DNA of 64,000 nucleotides, from NCBI GenBank assembly GCA_023802575.1, contig GCA_023802575.1_3947.1; one strand, written 5' to 3'. This stretch comes from a phage. Positions 17,867 through 27,633 of the stretch are shown here, one piece after another (positions within the stretch are counted from its first letter, which is position 1; each line of letters opens with the position of its first letter). The notes under the pieces were generated by a model, which saw only the letters and a list, made by a program, of their open reading frames with translations, made no database searches and was not told the DNA's origin. Made by a program: the position numbers and the translations under genes.

Positions 17867-18244
17867 TTACAGGCCAGTTGGTACGAAATCAATACCTTTA
17901 GCAGCCAGAGCTTTCTTGACCTCAGCAGCATCAACATCTGATTCAAGAGTAAGCAGGTCTTTCAGTTCTGCGTCGCGGTAAATACCAACGACTTTCAACT
18001 GACCGTGGTAAGACAGTTGCAGGTCTGCATAAAAGTTAACGATACATACAGAATCAGCCTGAGTTTCTTCCCCTGCTGCAACTTTAGTACCATCTGCTTT
18101 CAAAACTTCACCTACACGGTATTCTGTTGAAGCAACTGGAGTGTACTCTTTACGAGAGTGGCCTGTTGGGGTAATCTGTTCCCAAAGAATGATATCATTC
18201 AGAGGTTCTCTTTTACCTAGCTTAGTAAAACCTTCATATGCCAT
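17867..18244 (-). CDS. Head decoration protein (lambda gpD-like by position)
   Basis: 125 aa ORF between protease/scaffold and capsid genes; shares the capsid gene's codon bias. Confidence 0.5.
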   Translation of the reverse strand: MAYEGFTKLGKREPLNDIILWEQITPTGHSRKEYTPVASTEYRVGEVLKADGTKVAAGEETQADSVCIVNFYADLQLSYHGQLKVVGIYRDAELKDLLTLESDVDAAEVKKALAAKGIDFVPTGL

Positions 18245-18255
18245 TATTGTGTTCC

Positions 18256-19602
18256 TTATTTAATAAGAGATTTTAGAGCATTCTGGAGAGCCAGTTTGCG
18301 TTGTTCAGCGGTGTCTTCGGAAGCATTCTTAGCTGGTTCTTTTTCTTCTTCAACCAAATCAGCTTCGCCGTCATTACCCATTTCTTCCATAGCGTTGGAA
18401 TGTTCAAGAACAGCACCAGCAGTTTCTTTCAGCTTGGTAATTTCTGATTCTTTTTCTTCCATTGCAGAAGCATGGGACGCGATAGTTTCATTAAGTTTCT
18501 GGTTAGCACCTTCCATAGCATTCATAAACAGAACACTCAGAGGGTTATCAAGACCAGCACCTAAAATAGCTGTTGCAGCTTCTTTTGCATCAAATCCAAA
18601 AGCTTCAGCAGAAGCAGAAATCTTATTAGTCAAATCTGACAAAGCAGCTTCCTGTTCTTTAGCTTTCATTTGAGCAACCTGAAGACGCAAAGCTTCTAGT
18701 TCTTGCTTTTCTTGTTCAGTCATTTCTTCACCTGAATTGTTAACGTTTAAACTTACAGGAGTCTCTTCAGAACCTTGTAAGTAATTTAAGAAATCATCTT
18801 GAGACATGATTGAGTTAATTAAACCAAGTTCAAGAGCTTCCTGAGCAGAATAAACATTCGCCTCAGTATTCTTTACAGCTTCTTCAGAGAGATTACGCGA
18901 TTCAGCAACAAAACCTGTAAAGGTTGCGTAGGTATCATTAATTCTCTTTTGAAGTCTTTCTTTGCTTTCTTCTGAAAGTGCTTGGAATGGTGAACCCATA
19001 CCTTTAAACTCACCAGCTTTGATGACGTTAATTGTTACGCCATTCTTTTCAAATGCCTTAGTTAATTCCTGATGAACCATGATTACACCAATAGAACCAA
19101 CATCTGCATCTGGTGATGCAATAATTTCTTCAGCAGAAGATGCAAGAGCATATGCAGCGGAACAAGCGAACTCATCTACATAAGCAATAATTTTCTTTTG
19201 GCCTCTTGAAGCCATAATGTGACGTGCTAATTCAAAGCAACCTGAAGCTTCACCACCACCAGAATCAATATGCAGAACAATAGTCTTGATTGACTCATCT
19301 GCTAAAGCTTCGTCAAAGCCTCTACGTAAACCTTCATAAGAGCTTAGACCACCTGTACACATTGCATCAATGAATGTCATACGATGAGTTAAACCACCCA
19401 TAATAGGGATAATGGCAATGTCATCTTTTACTTTTAAAAGACTTCTTGCTTCACCTTTTGGTTTATCAAAGTTTACTGCTGCTTGGACATCACCCAGCAA
19501 TCTGTTATTCACATAAGTTGCTGCTGAGTGAGCTAATGATTCAGTGGCTAGTAAAGGTTGGTTGAATAATCTATCAGCAAGTCTGAAGATATTCGAACTC
19601 AT
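18256..19602 (-). CDS. Prohead protease (S49/ClpP-like) with C-terminal scaffold-like domain
   Basis: 448 aa; N-terminal peptidase region with candidate serine context EFACSAAYALASS; acidic helical C-terminal third typical of nested scaffold. Confidence 0.65.
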   Translation of the reverse strand: MSSNIFRLADRLFNQPLLATESLAHSAATYVNNRLLGDVQAAVNFDKPKGEARSLLKVKDDIAIIPIMGGLTHRMTFIDAMCTGGLSSYEGLRRGFDEALADESIKTIVLHIDSGGGEASGCFELARHIMASRGQKKIIAYVDEFACSAAYALASSAEEIIASPDADVGSIGVIMVHQELTKAFEKNGVTINVIKAGEFKGMGSPFQALSEESKERLQKRINDTYATFTGFVAESRNLSEEAVKNTEANVYSAQEALELGLINSIMSQDDFLNYLQGSEETPVSLNVNNSGEEMTEQEKQELEALRLQVAQMKAKEQEAALSDLTNKISASAEAFGFDAKEAATAILGAGLDNPLSVLFMNAMEGANQKLNETIASHASAMEEKESEITKLKETAGAVLEHSNAMEEMGNDGEADLVEEEKEPAKNASEDTAEQRKLALQNALKSLIK

Positions 19603-19613
19603 TTTTACTCACC

Positions 19614-19946
19614 CTATTTGTTTAAATCTACAGAGACTGAAGAGATAACATAGATACCTTCTTCAGCAAAGAATTGAGGTTTGCTAAGAGTACCAGTTGC
19701 CACGCATTTATCGTTAGCATCCCACAAGCTATAGTGTGAGACCGTTGCAGAAGCTGGAACAGTGATATTAACTGTGTCTTCTGAGGCAATTAAGCCATTA
19801 TCCGGTTCAGAAAAATAGATAGCCACTGGCTGAGTAACCTTATTTGCTGTAGGGTCTGCCGTTGGGTCTACATTGTGTAAAATAATAGTCGTTGGGGTTA
19901 GCGTGGCGAGGATTTTATTCTTACCATCAATAGTTAATGTTCCCAT
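19614..19946 (-). CDS. Hypothetical protein
   Basis: 110 aa ORF between portal and protease. Confidence 0.45.
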   Translation of the reverse strand: MGTLTIDGKNKILATLTPTTIILHNVDPTADPTANKVTQPVAIYFSEPDNGLIASEDTVNITVPASATVSHYSLWDANDKCVATGTLSKPQFFAEEGIYVISSVSVDLNK

Positions 19947-20446
19947 TAATTAAACCTTACTTTTTGTTTAAGGACTGTTGAATGGTTACCAGATTCATCT
20001 ACCACATTTACAATCATATCATATACTTTACCTTTGACAAGTACTTTGTAATCATTTTGTGAAAAAATGTATTCAAGTCTGTTTGTTTCTTTATTAACTG
20101 TCATTGGAGATTGAAATGCAGTATCGAGGGTAATGAAAGCGGCTTCAATGCTATTAACATTGATACGTTTATTCTCGCAGTTATATAACTTTACACCCAA
20201 AAGGCATGAACTGTCAAATGGAATTTTAACAATTTCACTACAATTTCCTGAAATAAACGGTTTTCCACTCATTGGTGCATCAAGTAACCTGCAAATAGTG
20301 AAAACGTCAGAGATTCCACCATCACTAATATAACCTGAAAGGCTGACCCTTGAGCCAGCCTCTACAGATAGCTTATCAGTAATGATAAGGACACCCCTAT
20401 ACGAATGCACTCGTGTAGCATTTGAAATAGAGATAACTTCAGCCAT
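19946..20446 (-). CDS. Hypothetical protein
   Basis: 166 aa ORF, start/stop coupled to portal gene. Confidence 0.45.
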   Translation of the reverse strand: MAEVISISNATRVHSYRGVLIITDKLSVEAGSRVSLSGYISDGGISDVFTICRLLDAPMSGKPFISGNCSEIVKIPFDSSCLLGVKLYNCENKRINVNSIEAAFITLDTAFQSPMTVNKETNRLEYIFSQNDYKVLVKGKVYDMIVNVVDESGNHSTVLKQKVRFN

Positions 20447-21921
20447 TATTTATTCGCCTTATTTGCTGTGCTTGGGTCTTTCGCTGAAGGTGTCTTTGCA
20501 GTACCTTCCCCAGCGGTCTTATAACCATCTCCTGAACGGCTTTGGCTATTTGGAGAAAGCTTTTCAGATACTGGCTGAGACTCATCAGCAGGAGGAAGAC
20601 CAATATGCTCTCTAAGTTTGTTAGATAGCTCTTTGTCAACTTCCAAAGCACCTACTGCAACAGTCTTCTGAATATAAGAACCAATTGCTTCAAGGTCTGG
20701 AGTTTCGATATCATCATATGTGATTTGTACATGTTCTTCATCATCCCACATATTAAGAGCATAAGTCTGTGCAACTAAATCACGGTTAATTACGTTCTTA
20801 ATTTGCTTCAGCAGAATATCTACTGACATTGCTAATAGGCTTGTCTTAGAATCTGCAAGAGAGAATGAACCATATTTTGATTGACCCATAGCAAGAACAT
20901 CTGACATAAATGCCATCATAATTTGCTTGGAATATCTGTCAATGATAGAACCTGTATCATACGCTTTAGCACCCTGTCTAGAAACTAATGAGAACTCAAA
21001 GATATCCTCTTTAGTATCTGGGTCGATATATCTAGGCCAGATTAAACCTGCTCTGTCATTAGCAATCATATCATTAACAACAGTTTTGCAGTATTGTACG
21101 AAAGCTTTCTTTTCAGGTTCTGCATTTTCATCCAGATAGTCTGGTGGTAAACCAATCTTTGGCATACCTACTAAGTCTCTTGAAACACCAACAGCTTCAT
21201 ACTCTTCAATCTGTACTTTATATTTCCACGGTACATAAGCATTAAGTAATGGTGAACGACCTTCTGGATTTCCATATTCATCGTCATACTTAAACAGCAT
21301 GAATTTAGCTCGTGGAAGTTTTCTTGTTAGTGGTCTTTCTCCGAGATTGATTGCTCCAGCAATATGTGAAACATTTCTCAGATTCTGTCTAACACCAGTA
21401 ACTTTTCTAAAGTCTTCGTCAAAATACCACTTATCAAGTGTTGACTGGTTTCTGATTGGTAATTTAGCCCACCCAATTAGACCATCATCAAATTTTGACT
21501 GGTACTTTCCTTTTTTACCCTGACGTTTCTTATAAACCTTTTCGTTAACACAGAACCCATAAGTGCAGAATGACATTACAGAGTTAATAAAATCTGCCCA
21601 ATCATGCTCCATGTCATCCATTAAAGAATTAAAGAAGTCTGCTCTTTCAAGCATTTTAGGGTCTTGCTCTTTCCCCTTTGGAGGTACGAATCTCCAGTTG
21701 ACTTTTCTGACAAACATCTTAATAATATTTACAGATGCTGCTACAGCAGGGTCACGCATCATTAATTGGAAAGTTTTAATACTTTCAGGGAACCTTAGTG
21801 CCTGACGAGGTTCTTCATAGATTCTTCCATTCTTAACCTTCAGACCCAAAGAACCTACTTCACCCATTCTAAATGGTGGTAAGCTTTCTTGTGTTTCTGT
21901 AATATCTGCCATTCTTCTCAC
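20446..21921 (-). CDS. Portal protein
   Basis: 491 aa ORF immediately downstream of large terminase. Confidence 0.7.
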   Translation of the reverse strand: MRRMADITETQESLPPFRMGEVGSLGLKVKNGRIYEEPRQALRFPESIKTFQLMMRDPAVAASVNIIKMFVRKVNWRFVPPKGKEQDPKMLERADFFNSLMDDMEHDWADFINSVMSFCTYGFCVNEKVYKKRQGKKGKYQSKFDDGLIGWAKLPIRNQSTLDKWYFDEDFRKVTGVRQNLRNVSHIAGAINLGERPLTRKLPRAKFMLFKYDDEYGNPEGRSPLLNAYVPWKYKVQIEEYEAVGVSRDLVGMPKIGLPPDYLDENAEPEKKAFVQYCKTVVNDMIANDRAGLIWPRYIDPDTKEDIFEFSLVSRQGAKAYDTGSIIDRYSKQIMMAFMSDVLAMGQSKYGSFSLADSKTSLLAMSVDILLKQIKNVINRDLVAQTYALNMWDDEEHVQITYDDIETPDLEAIGSYIQKTVAVGALEVDKELSNKLREHIGLPPADESQPVSEKLSPNSQSRSGDGYKTAGEGTAKTPSAKDPSTANKANK

Positions 21922-21928
21922 CTAGCTA

Positions 21929-23545
21929 TCAACGTCTAAGCCCCTCATATGGGTTTCCTCTCACTAAGTCTGTGTGAGCACCCATTGATGGTGGCTTGAA
22001 TAATTTAACTTCGTTAAGACTGTTGAAAGCATCACTGGTAGCATCCACTTGGTCATCTTTAGTTTTACCATCGCCACAAAAGCCTTCAAGTTCTTGAAAG
22101 TAAGCTTCGTTCCAACTGCCTCTCAAGACTTTTACAAGTCCAGCTTCAGAAGCAGCAGAAAACCCCGCAAATCGGGTAACTTTGTCTTTATTTGTTGGTT
22201 TAGCCCTTGCTCGATAACCTTTCTCGGCAAGTTTCCTGATGAGGGATGTTGCGTAGGATTTACCAGCAGCGCCTGGGTCTTGAGGGATAAAAATACCAGT
22301 TCGCTTGCCGTCACTTTCAGCAGTCAAATTAATTTGTGTTTCGACTCCAGAGGGTCTATCTCTAAATCTTACTACATCAATGATATAATAGCAACCGTCT
22401 TTTTTAGATTTACCCATCTTAACACCTGCTGTCCAGTCTGGGTTAGGGTTAATCTCAGATGGTAAAGTTGCTGCTAAGTCCCATGCTCTGACATCGAATA
22501 CATCTTCTGGGAGTGAATCAACAATTTCACACCATTGTCTTTGCCAATAGTTTGAACCTTCTGCACGAGCCTTCCAGTTACCGAAACGAAGTCTGGCAAC
22601 GTTTACAGGGGTGTTGTTTTCCAACTTACCACGATATTTAGGTTCCAAGAAGTCAAGGATTGGGTTATCATCAATCGTACCAGAGATGAATGTATATGTT
22701 TGAGGAATCTCAAGAGGAAACATTTCAAGAATCTTGTCTCTCTCCCAATCAGAAACCATAACACCATCATTCATTACATACCAACGAATACGACCACACT
22801 TTTCAGGGTCTGGGTAACCTTCTTCATCTAAGAATGGTTCTACCCAATCGTAAATAAAGTGGTCTCTATCTGGGTTCATAGAAATCTTCATGTATGAATC
22901 ACCTTCAGCCCCAGAACGTAGACGAGTCTGTAGGTATGAAATCTGTGAAGCAGAGAAGTGCGTACCTTCGTCAAAGTAAATAGCTGAGTATTCAATGCCC
23001 TGATGACCTTCAGCGTGCTTTTCAAGTTCTAGATAGGTAAACTTGATAGTTGCCCCAGAAGGGAATGTGATAGTCATCTTCTGCTCGTGAGGAACCCCAC
23101 CAAACTTACCAAATAGTTTCTTTGCAGCAGGCCACAAACCACCTTGTAGCTGTGTTGTATTTCTACGGAAATATACAGCATTATAATTAGGGTCGTCAAT
23201 AAACCTTAAAGAGTCCATTAACAATGCAGCAGTCTTACCAGCACCCGCAGCACCACCATAGAGAACCAAGTCAGCATTAGTATTTAAAAAGACCTCTTGA
23301 GAACCCGGCTGAGGGGCTACATAGTTCTTATCAGTCATCAATTTGAAGATAAGTCTAACTTGGTCTGGTGTGTATCTTAATAAAGTCAGAATTTGAGTTG
23401 GAAGGAATTTAGAGGGGTCTTTACCGAATGATTTGATAATTTCTTTTACTTCATCAGAAAGCCCCAACTCTCCAGCTAGGACTTTCCTAACATCTTCCAC
23501 TCGCTTCTGCTTAACAGCATTTAAGTCCATTAAGCACCTCCGCAA
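21929..23545 (-). CDS. Terminase large subunit
   Basis: 538 aa; Walker A P-loop LYGGAAGAGKTAALL in N-terminal ATPase region; first large gene of late operon. Confidence 0.85.
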   Translation of the reverse strand: MRRCLMDLNAVKQKRVEDVRKVLAGELGLSDEVKEIIKSFGKDPSKFLPTQILTLLRYTPDQVRLIFKLMTDKNYVAPQPGSQEVFLNTNADLVLYGGAAGAGKTAALLMDSLRFIDDPNYNAVYFRRNTTQLQGGLWPAAKKLFGKFGGVPHEQKMTITFPSGATIKFTYLELEKHAEGHQGIEYSAIYFDEGTHFSASQISYLQTRLRSGAEGDSYMKISMNPDRDHFIYDWVEPFLDEEGYPDPEKCGRIRWYVMNDGVMVSDWERDKILEMFPLEIPQTYTFISGTIDDNPILDFLEPKYRGKLENNTPVNVARLRFGNWKARAEGSNYWQRQWCEIVDSLPEDVFDVRAWDLAATLPSEINPNPDWTAGVKMGKSKKDGCYYIIDVVRFRDRPSGVETQINLTAESDGKRTGIFIPQDPGAAGKSYATSLIRKLAEKGYRARAKPTNKDKVTRFAGFSAASEAGLVKVLRGSWNEAYFQELEGFCGDGKTKDDQVDATSDAFNSLNEVKLFKPPSMGAHTDLVRGNPYEGLRR

Positions 23546-23551
23546 ACAGAA

Positions 23552-23752
23552 TTATTCAGAGTCTGTAGCAGTCTCTTCTCTCTTAACTTCAAACTTTGCA
23601 TCAACAGCATCAAGAAGTGCATCCATAGATGCTTCTTTAATATCAATGCCTGTTGCTACAGATAATCTGTCTGCAATTGCCATGATAGTATTCTGCATAA
23701 ATTCTAGCTTCTTATTAGCTTCATAAAGTTCTTTATAAACGGTCTCGCTCAT
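23552..23752 (-). CDS. Hypothetical small protein upstream of terminase
   Basis: 66 aa ORF; too small for a typical small terminase. Confidence 0.35.
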   Translation of the reverse strand: MSETVYKELYEANKKLEFMQNTIMAIADRLSVATGIDIKEASMDALLDAVDAKFEVKREETATDSE

Positions 23753-23974
23753 TATGTTTTCTCCAAATAATTAACCATGTTTCCCCTTAAAAAAGACGGT
23801 ACAGAGACCGTCAAGGAGAAACCACAATGTACGTCAGAGACATACTGTATAAGTCTTCTTATAAAGTATAACTCTGTAAAAAAGCCCTGTCTAAAAATAC
23901 TCTTCGGTAGCGAAAGGAAGAATACTTATAGCAGGGCATTATTATTATTTTAATTGAGAGAGAGTAAAATAACT

Positions 23975-24050
23975 TGGAGAATCCGAAGGGACTCGAACCC
24001 TTATAAACCTGTTTTGCAGACAGGCACATAGCCATTTCTGTCACGGATTC
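23975..24050 (-). tRNA. tRNA-Cys (GCA)
   Basis: Minus-strand cloverleaf read by eye: encoded CCA (TGG on plus), T-loop TTCGAGT, anticodon loop CTGCAAA. Confidence 0.65.
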
Positions 24051-24054
24051 AAAT

Positions 24055-24147
24055 TGGAGGAAGATACCAGACTTGAACTGGTACACCGATTTCTCAGCTA
24101 CTGGCAGTTTAGCAAACTGCTCCCTTACCTTTTAGGGTTAATCTTCC
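24055..24147 (-). tRNA. tRNA-Ser (GCT), class II
   Basis: Perfect anticodon stem GCAGT/ACTGC with loop TTGCTAA; long variable arm; T-loop TTCAAGT; CCA encoded. Confidence 0.6.
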
Positions 24148-24148
24148 G

Positions 24149-24883
24149 TTATTTCCGTAATGCGTTCTTCATTTCTGGTGTTGCAATAGTATCAATTACA
24201 CCAGTTTTACAAGAATCATCAAACCAGTCTGGTAAGATACCTGCTAAGAACCCATTGATATTCGTTTTAAGGTACTCTGCAATAAGAGCAGCTTCTTCTT
24301 CAATCATCTGCACAACTTCATCTGCATAAGCTGTAATCTTCGAAATACCTTCATTAATCTTACTAACAGCTTGGTTAGCTAAATCAGAAATAGTATCAAG
24401 ACCTTTGTCAATAGCGTCTTGTAAGTCACTTAATACATCATTAACACCGTCTAGTGCACTGTTAATCGTATCAATAGCTTTTTGACCATACTCTGTAGCA
24501 ACACCCATAATACCACTAAATGGTGTACAACCGACTTGTTCACCTGCTGCACCCATAACATTAGAATAACCTTTTGCTACCTGCATACGTGATGAAAACT
24601 CATCAATGGACTTTTGACCGTAATCCGTCAGCGTTTTGGTAGTTGATGTAGTGCTTGTCAGACTCGTTGTAAAGCTGTTAAGCAGAACTGTTGTAAGTCC
24701 AGCAGCAACAAGTTTATCTTTTATTGTAGGGTCTGTTACAGAGCTAATAGAGCTTACAAGTGATGTAGAGGCAGCTACGGTTCCACCGAGAACTGCTGCA
24801 CCAGTAATAAGGGGATTAGAGAACCCTTTACCAGTTTTTAAGAGATTAAAAATCTCCTTACCTTGTTCTGTCATCTCTTTCAT
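24149..24883 (-). CDS. Hypothetical protein embedded in tRNA array
   Basis: About 244 aa from ATG at 24883 (MKEMTEQGK), with AAAGGTG upstream; the longer start in the ORF track overlaps tRNA-Phe. Confidence 0.5.
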   Translation of the reverse strand: MKEMTEQGKEIFNLLKTGKGFSNPLITGAAVLGGTVAASTSLVSSISSVTDPTIKDKLVAAGLTTVLLNSFTTSLTSTTSTTKTLTDYGQKSIDEFSSRMQVAKGYSNVMGAAGEQVGCTPFSGIMGVATEYGQKAIDTINSALDGVNDVLSDLQDAIDKGLDTISDLANQAVSKINEGISKITAYADEVVQMIEEEAALIAEYLKTNINGFLAGILPDWFDDSCKTGVIDTIATPEMKNALRK

Positions 24884-24899
24884 TAAGCACCTTTGAAAT

Positions 24900-24975
24900 T
24901 GGTAGTCCAGTGGGATTTGAACCCTCTTCTCATGTTTTTCAGACACGCGCTTTAACCATATAAGCTACTTGGACT
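24900..24975 (-). tRNA. tRNA-Phe (GAA)
   Basis: U8-A9, D-stem GCTT/AAGC, anticodon loop CTGAAAA, T-loop TTCAAAT, CCA encoded. Confidence 0.7.
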
Positions 24976-24981
24976 ATAAAT

Positions 24982-25056
24982 TGGGGTGACCTACGGGATT
25001 TGAACCCGTATAGACCATGTTCACAGCATGGGTCATTACCATTTATGATAAGGCCA
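24982..25056 (-). tRNA. tRNA-His (GTG)
   Basis: Anticodon stem CCATG/CATGG, loop CTGTGAA; T-loop TTCAAAT. Confidence 0.65.
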
Positions 25057-25088
25057 CATTTAAGGACTCTCGTAAGAACCCTTAGAAG

Positions 25089-25164
25089 TGGCAGCGGCAT
25101 AAGGATTTGAACCTTAATAAGACAGCTTCAGAGACTGCTGCATTACCAGTTATGCTATACCGCT
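25089..25164 (-). tRNA. tRNA-Gln (CTG)
   Basis: D-stem GCAT/ATGC, anticodon loop CTCTGAA, T-loop TTCAAAT. Confidence 0.55.
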
Positions 25165-25169
25165 AAATT

Positions 25170-25248
25170 TGGTACTCCATATCGGATTCGAACCGATACA
25201 TAACACAGATTTTAAGTCTGGCCTCTCTGCCAATTGGAGTAATGGAGC
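25170..25248 (-). tRNA. tRNA, anticodon unresolved (possibly TAA)
   Basis: Clear acceptor and T-arm (ATCGG TTCGAAT CCGAT) with CCA; anticodon arm could not be folded unambiguously by hand. Confidence 0.45.
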
Positions 25249-25250
25249 AT

Positions 25251-25326
25251 TGGCGGGGGATGTTGGAATTGAACCAACTTCTTCGATTTCAAAGACCGAG
25301 GTTTTAACCTTGTAAACTAATCCCCT
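25251..25326 (-). tRNA. tRNA-Gln (TTG)
   Basis: D-stem GTTT/AAAC, anticodon stem TCGGT/ATCGA, loop CTTTGAA; 1-72 mismatch. Confidence 0.55.
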
Positions 25327-25334
25327 TTAAATCT

Positions 25335-25892
25335 TTACTTTCTTAGTGGATGAATAAAGAATGCCAACATAACTCTTTCCCTTGAGAATGCTCTTTCTTC
25401 TGGGACAACACTTTTTAGCTTCCACCCAATATAAATTCTCCAGTAAAACTGTTTACCAAAGATTTTAATTGATGGGATAAAAGCGAATAATCCCCAAGCA
25501 TTGCTGTTCCACATTAGGAGATAACCTGTCTGATTATCTTCAGGGTTAGAACTTACGTTGATATTACCTTTCCACTTGGTAACATCTTTTACATCTCTTC
25601 CTAATACATGGTAAGAGAAGTTATAAGCTTTGTTTCTCCAGAGCCAACCGACTCTCTGCATATAGACACCAAGCTTACCAATCCATCTAATATTAGCCCA
25701 TCTCTTAACGTGACCTTCATCACCATCAATTGGGTTGTCATAAGTTTCCATCCATCTAAATCCGAAAGGTAAGTGTCCTTTCTTCTCACTGTAAAATGGA
25801 ACTACAAAAGGTGCTAAGATAACTGCTAAGATTGCTGCAAATGGTTCTAACAAAGCTAAGAAAATCCATGAAGCATACTTCAAATATCTCAT
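25335..25892 (-). CDS. Membrane protein embedded in tRNA array
   Basis: 185 aa; N-terminal hydrophobic segment WIFLALLEPFAAILAVILAPFVV; Trp-rich. Confidence 0.5.
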   Translation of the reverse strand: MRYLKYASWIFLALLEPFAAILAVILAPFVVPFYSEKKGHLPFGFRWMETYDNPIDGDEGHVKRWANIRWIGKLGVYMQRVGWLWRNKAYNFSYHVLGRDVKDVTKWKGNINVSSNPEDNQTGYLLMWNSNAWGLFAFIPSIKIFGKQFYWRIYIGWKLKSVVPEERAFSRERVMLAFFIHPLRK

Positions 25893-25911
25893 CTAAATAG
25901 CCTCTTTAAAT

Positions 25912-25987
25912 TGGCGCAGGATAAGGGATTCGAACCCCTATTAACAGCTTCGTAGACTGTTGCTCTATCCATTTGAACTAATCCTGC
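25912..25987 (-). tRNA. tRNA-Arg (ACG)
   Basis: Anticodon stem ACAGT/GCTGT, loop CTACGAA; T-loop TTCGAAT; CCA encoded. Confidence 0.7.
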
Positions 25988-25992
25988 AAAAT

Positions 25993-26070
25993 TGGTGTTC
26001 CAAGACGGATTCGAACCGTCACTAGTACAAGGTTTGAGCTTGCATCCTCTGCCAATTGGGATACTGGAAC
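25993..26070 (-). tRNA. tRNA, anticodon tentatively CAA
   Basis: Anticodon stem GCAAG/CTTGT with loop CTCAAAC; no long variable arm, so a Leu identity is unconfirmed. Confidence 0.45.
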
Positions 26071-26071
26071 A

Positions 26072-26146
26072 TGGTACTCACTAAAGGACTTGAACCTTTT
26101 TCTTCATCTTGTAAGGGTGATGTTTTACCATATAAACTAAGCGAGT
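26072..26146 (-). tRNA. tRNA-Val (TAC)
   Basis: U8-A9, D-stem GTTT/AAAC with GG in loop, anticodon loop CTTACAA, T-loop TTCAAGT. Confidence 0.65.
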
Positions 26147-26243
26147 GTGAGAAGAGGTCTGGAGTTGTGCCGCTAACTCAACTCCGTGGAATTTGTTACG
26201 GTCTTCAGTTGACTCAAAGCGGTCTTTCACTTGACCTCTGAAT

Positions 26244-26319
26244 TGGTGCTCCCACAAGGATTCGAACCCTGATAAGTTGCTTACAAGGCAACCGTAATAG
26301 CCAATTATACGATAGGAGC
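26244..26319 (-). tRNA. tRNA-Thr (TGT)
   Basis: Anticodon stem GTTGC/GCAAC, loop CTTGTAA; T-loop TTCGAAT. Confidence 0.7.
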
Positions 26320-26326
26320 ATTAATT

Positions 26327-26401
26327 TGGAGCATCCAGAGGGAATCGAACCCTCAACCTCAGTTTGGAAGACTGTAATTTTCCCGTTTAAACTATGGATG
26401 C
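26327..26401 (-). tRNA. tRNA-Gly (TCC)
   Basis: Anticodon loop CTTCCAA; T-stem GAGGG/CCCTC, loop TTCGATT. Confidence 0.65.
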
Positions 26402-26407
26402 ACTAAT

Positions 26408-26483
26408 TGGTGGAGTCACTGAGAATTGAACTCAGTTCCCAAGTTTGCAAAACTCGAATTTTAACCATATAAACTATGACCCC
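26408..26483 (-). tRNA. tRNA-Ala (TGC)
   Basis: Anticodon stem CGAGT/ACTTG, loop TTTGCAA; T-stem CTGAG/CTCAG. Confidence 0.65.
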
Positions 26484-26489
26484 ATTGTT

Positions 26490-26565
26490 TGGTACAGGTG
26501 GAGGGAATTGAACCCATCGTCTTACTGATTAAGAGTCAGCCGCATAACCATTTTGCTACACCTGC
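26490..26565 (-). tRNA. tRNA-Lys (CTT)
   Basis: Anticodon stem GCTGA/TCAGT, loop CTCTTAA; body closely similar to the TTT isoacceptor at 27789. Confidence 0.55.
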
Positions 26566-26572
26566 ATTAATT

Positions 26573-26650
26573 TGGTAGGAGACAAGGGATTCGAACCCTC
26601 AAACACCAACTTCTAAGGATGGTAGGTTTACCAATTACCGTCAATCTCCC
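26573..26650 (-). tRNA. tRNA, anticodon tentatively TAG
   Basis: T-arm GAGGG TTCGAAT CCCTT and acceptor clear; anticodon arm fold ambiguous, candidate loop CTTAGAA. Confidence 0.4.
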
Positions 26651-26904
26651 ATTAAATCTTTTTAGAGAACTTCTAAGAACCTAAGCAACAAGGTTCCACA
26701 ACAAGCGACTAATAACCTTAGAAGCCCTCTAAAAAGACCTAAATAGGTCTTTGCATAGTCTTGTTTAATCCGGTGACTAGAACCTTTGGAGAGCTTGATA
26801 TTATCTCTTCTCCGTGACACCTACTAGGTGCTTTGACAGTGTACGACAATACACGAGGGATAAACCGACAATGCGAACAAGCATGGACGGAGTAAATCTT
26901 ATTA

Positions 26905-26994
26905 GGCGGTAAGTAAAGGAGTCGAACCCTCACCGTATCTCTACAGTGGCAACAGTTTTCAAGACTGTTTGGCTGCCATTAGCCGCTACCTACC
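26905..26994 (-). tRNA. tRNA-Ser (TGA), class II
   Basis: Perfect anticodon stem ACAGT/ACTGT with loop CTTGAAA; long variable arm; terminal CC encoded without A. Confidence 0.6.
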
Positions 26995-27007
26995 CCTAAT
27001 AAGATTT

Positions 27008-27090
27008 TGGCATGGGACGGAGGAGTTGAACCCCTTTGAAACGGTTTTGGAGGCCGTTGCTCATGCCTTAGAGTCTTAACATCGTCCCAT
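27008..27090 (-). tRNA. tRNA-Trp (CCA), atypical length
   Basis: Perfect 7-bp acceptor ATGGGAC/GTCCCAT, anticodon loop CTCCAAA; about 83 nt with enlarged D region. Confidence 0.5.
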
Positions 27091-27233
27091 ATTATAATTC
27101 GAAGCTTACCCTGTTATCTCAACACTGTCAAGCTTCTTCTCAGATTATTTACATGTTCTGGAAAACATGAGATACAGACCACCTCCCTACAGGAAGACCC
27201 ACTAAGGCCGTCTAAGTAATCTGCTAACTATTT

Positions 27234-27310
27234 GGTACACCCTACAGGATTCGAACCTGTAACTAACGATTTAGAAGACCGTTGCTCTATCCAATTGAAC
27301 TAAGGGTGCA
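27234..27310 (-). tRNA. tRNA-Arg (TCT)
   Basis: Anticodon stem ACGGT/ATCGT, loop CTTCTAA; D-arm GTTC AATTGGATA GAGC. Confidence 0.7.
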
Positions 27311-27555
27311 TTATCTTTAAAGACTCTCTTAGAAAGCCCTTAAAGATGCCCACCTTATTAATCATACCGTGGGCGAGTACGCCAAATTCTTTGATGAGGG
27401 ATTGGAAGACCTCACTGGTGTTTAGCCTATCAAGCTACTGCCAGAAAAACATTGTCGTTTGCATTTATTTTAAATTTGCAAAATAGACGCTACGCAACGA
27501 AAACTAAGGTTACTATAAAGTAGTCACATCTCAATGTCAACAACTTTATTGAAAT

Positions 27556-27631
27556 TGGTACTGGTAGGTGGAATCGAACCACCGATGTTCCCTTATCAGG
27601 GGAGTGTTATAACCTTCTTAACTATACCAGC
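27556..27631 (-). tRNA. tRNA-Ile (GAT)
   Basis: Anticodon loop CTGATAA; T-loop TTCGATT; CCA encoded. Confidence 0.65.
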
Positions 27632-27633
27632 AT

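Noticed and set aside
24884-24946. Longer N-terminal extension (MSEKHEKRVQ...) of CDS 24149..24946 given by the ORF track
   Set aside because: It overlaps tRNA-Phe; the internal ATG at 24883 with an upstream AAAGGTG is the more plausible start.
25170-26650. Three class I tRNAs with leucine anticodons (TAA, CAA, TAG)
   Set aside because: Not asserted as Leu tRNAs: bacterial and phage tRNA-Leu are class II with a long variable arm, so these are more likely hand-folding errors; reported only as tRNAs of uncertain identity.
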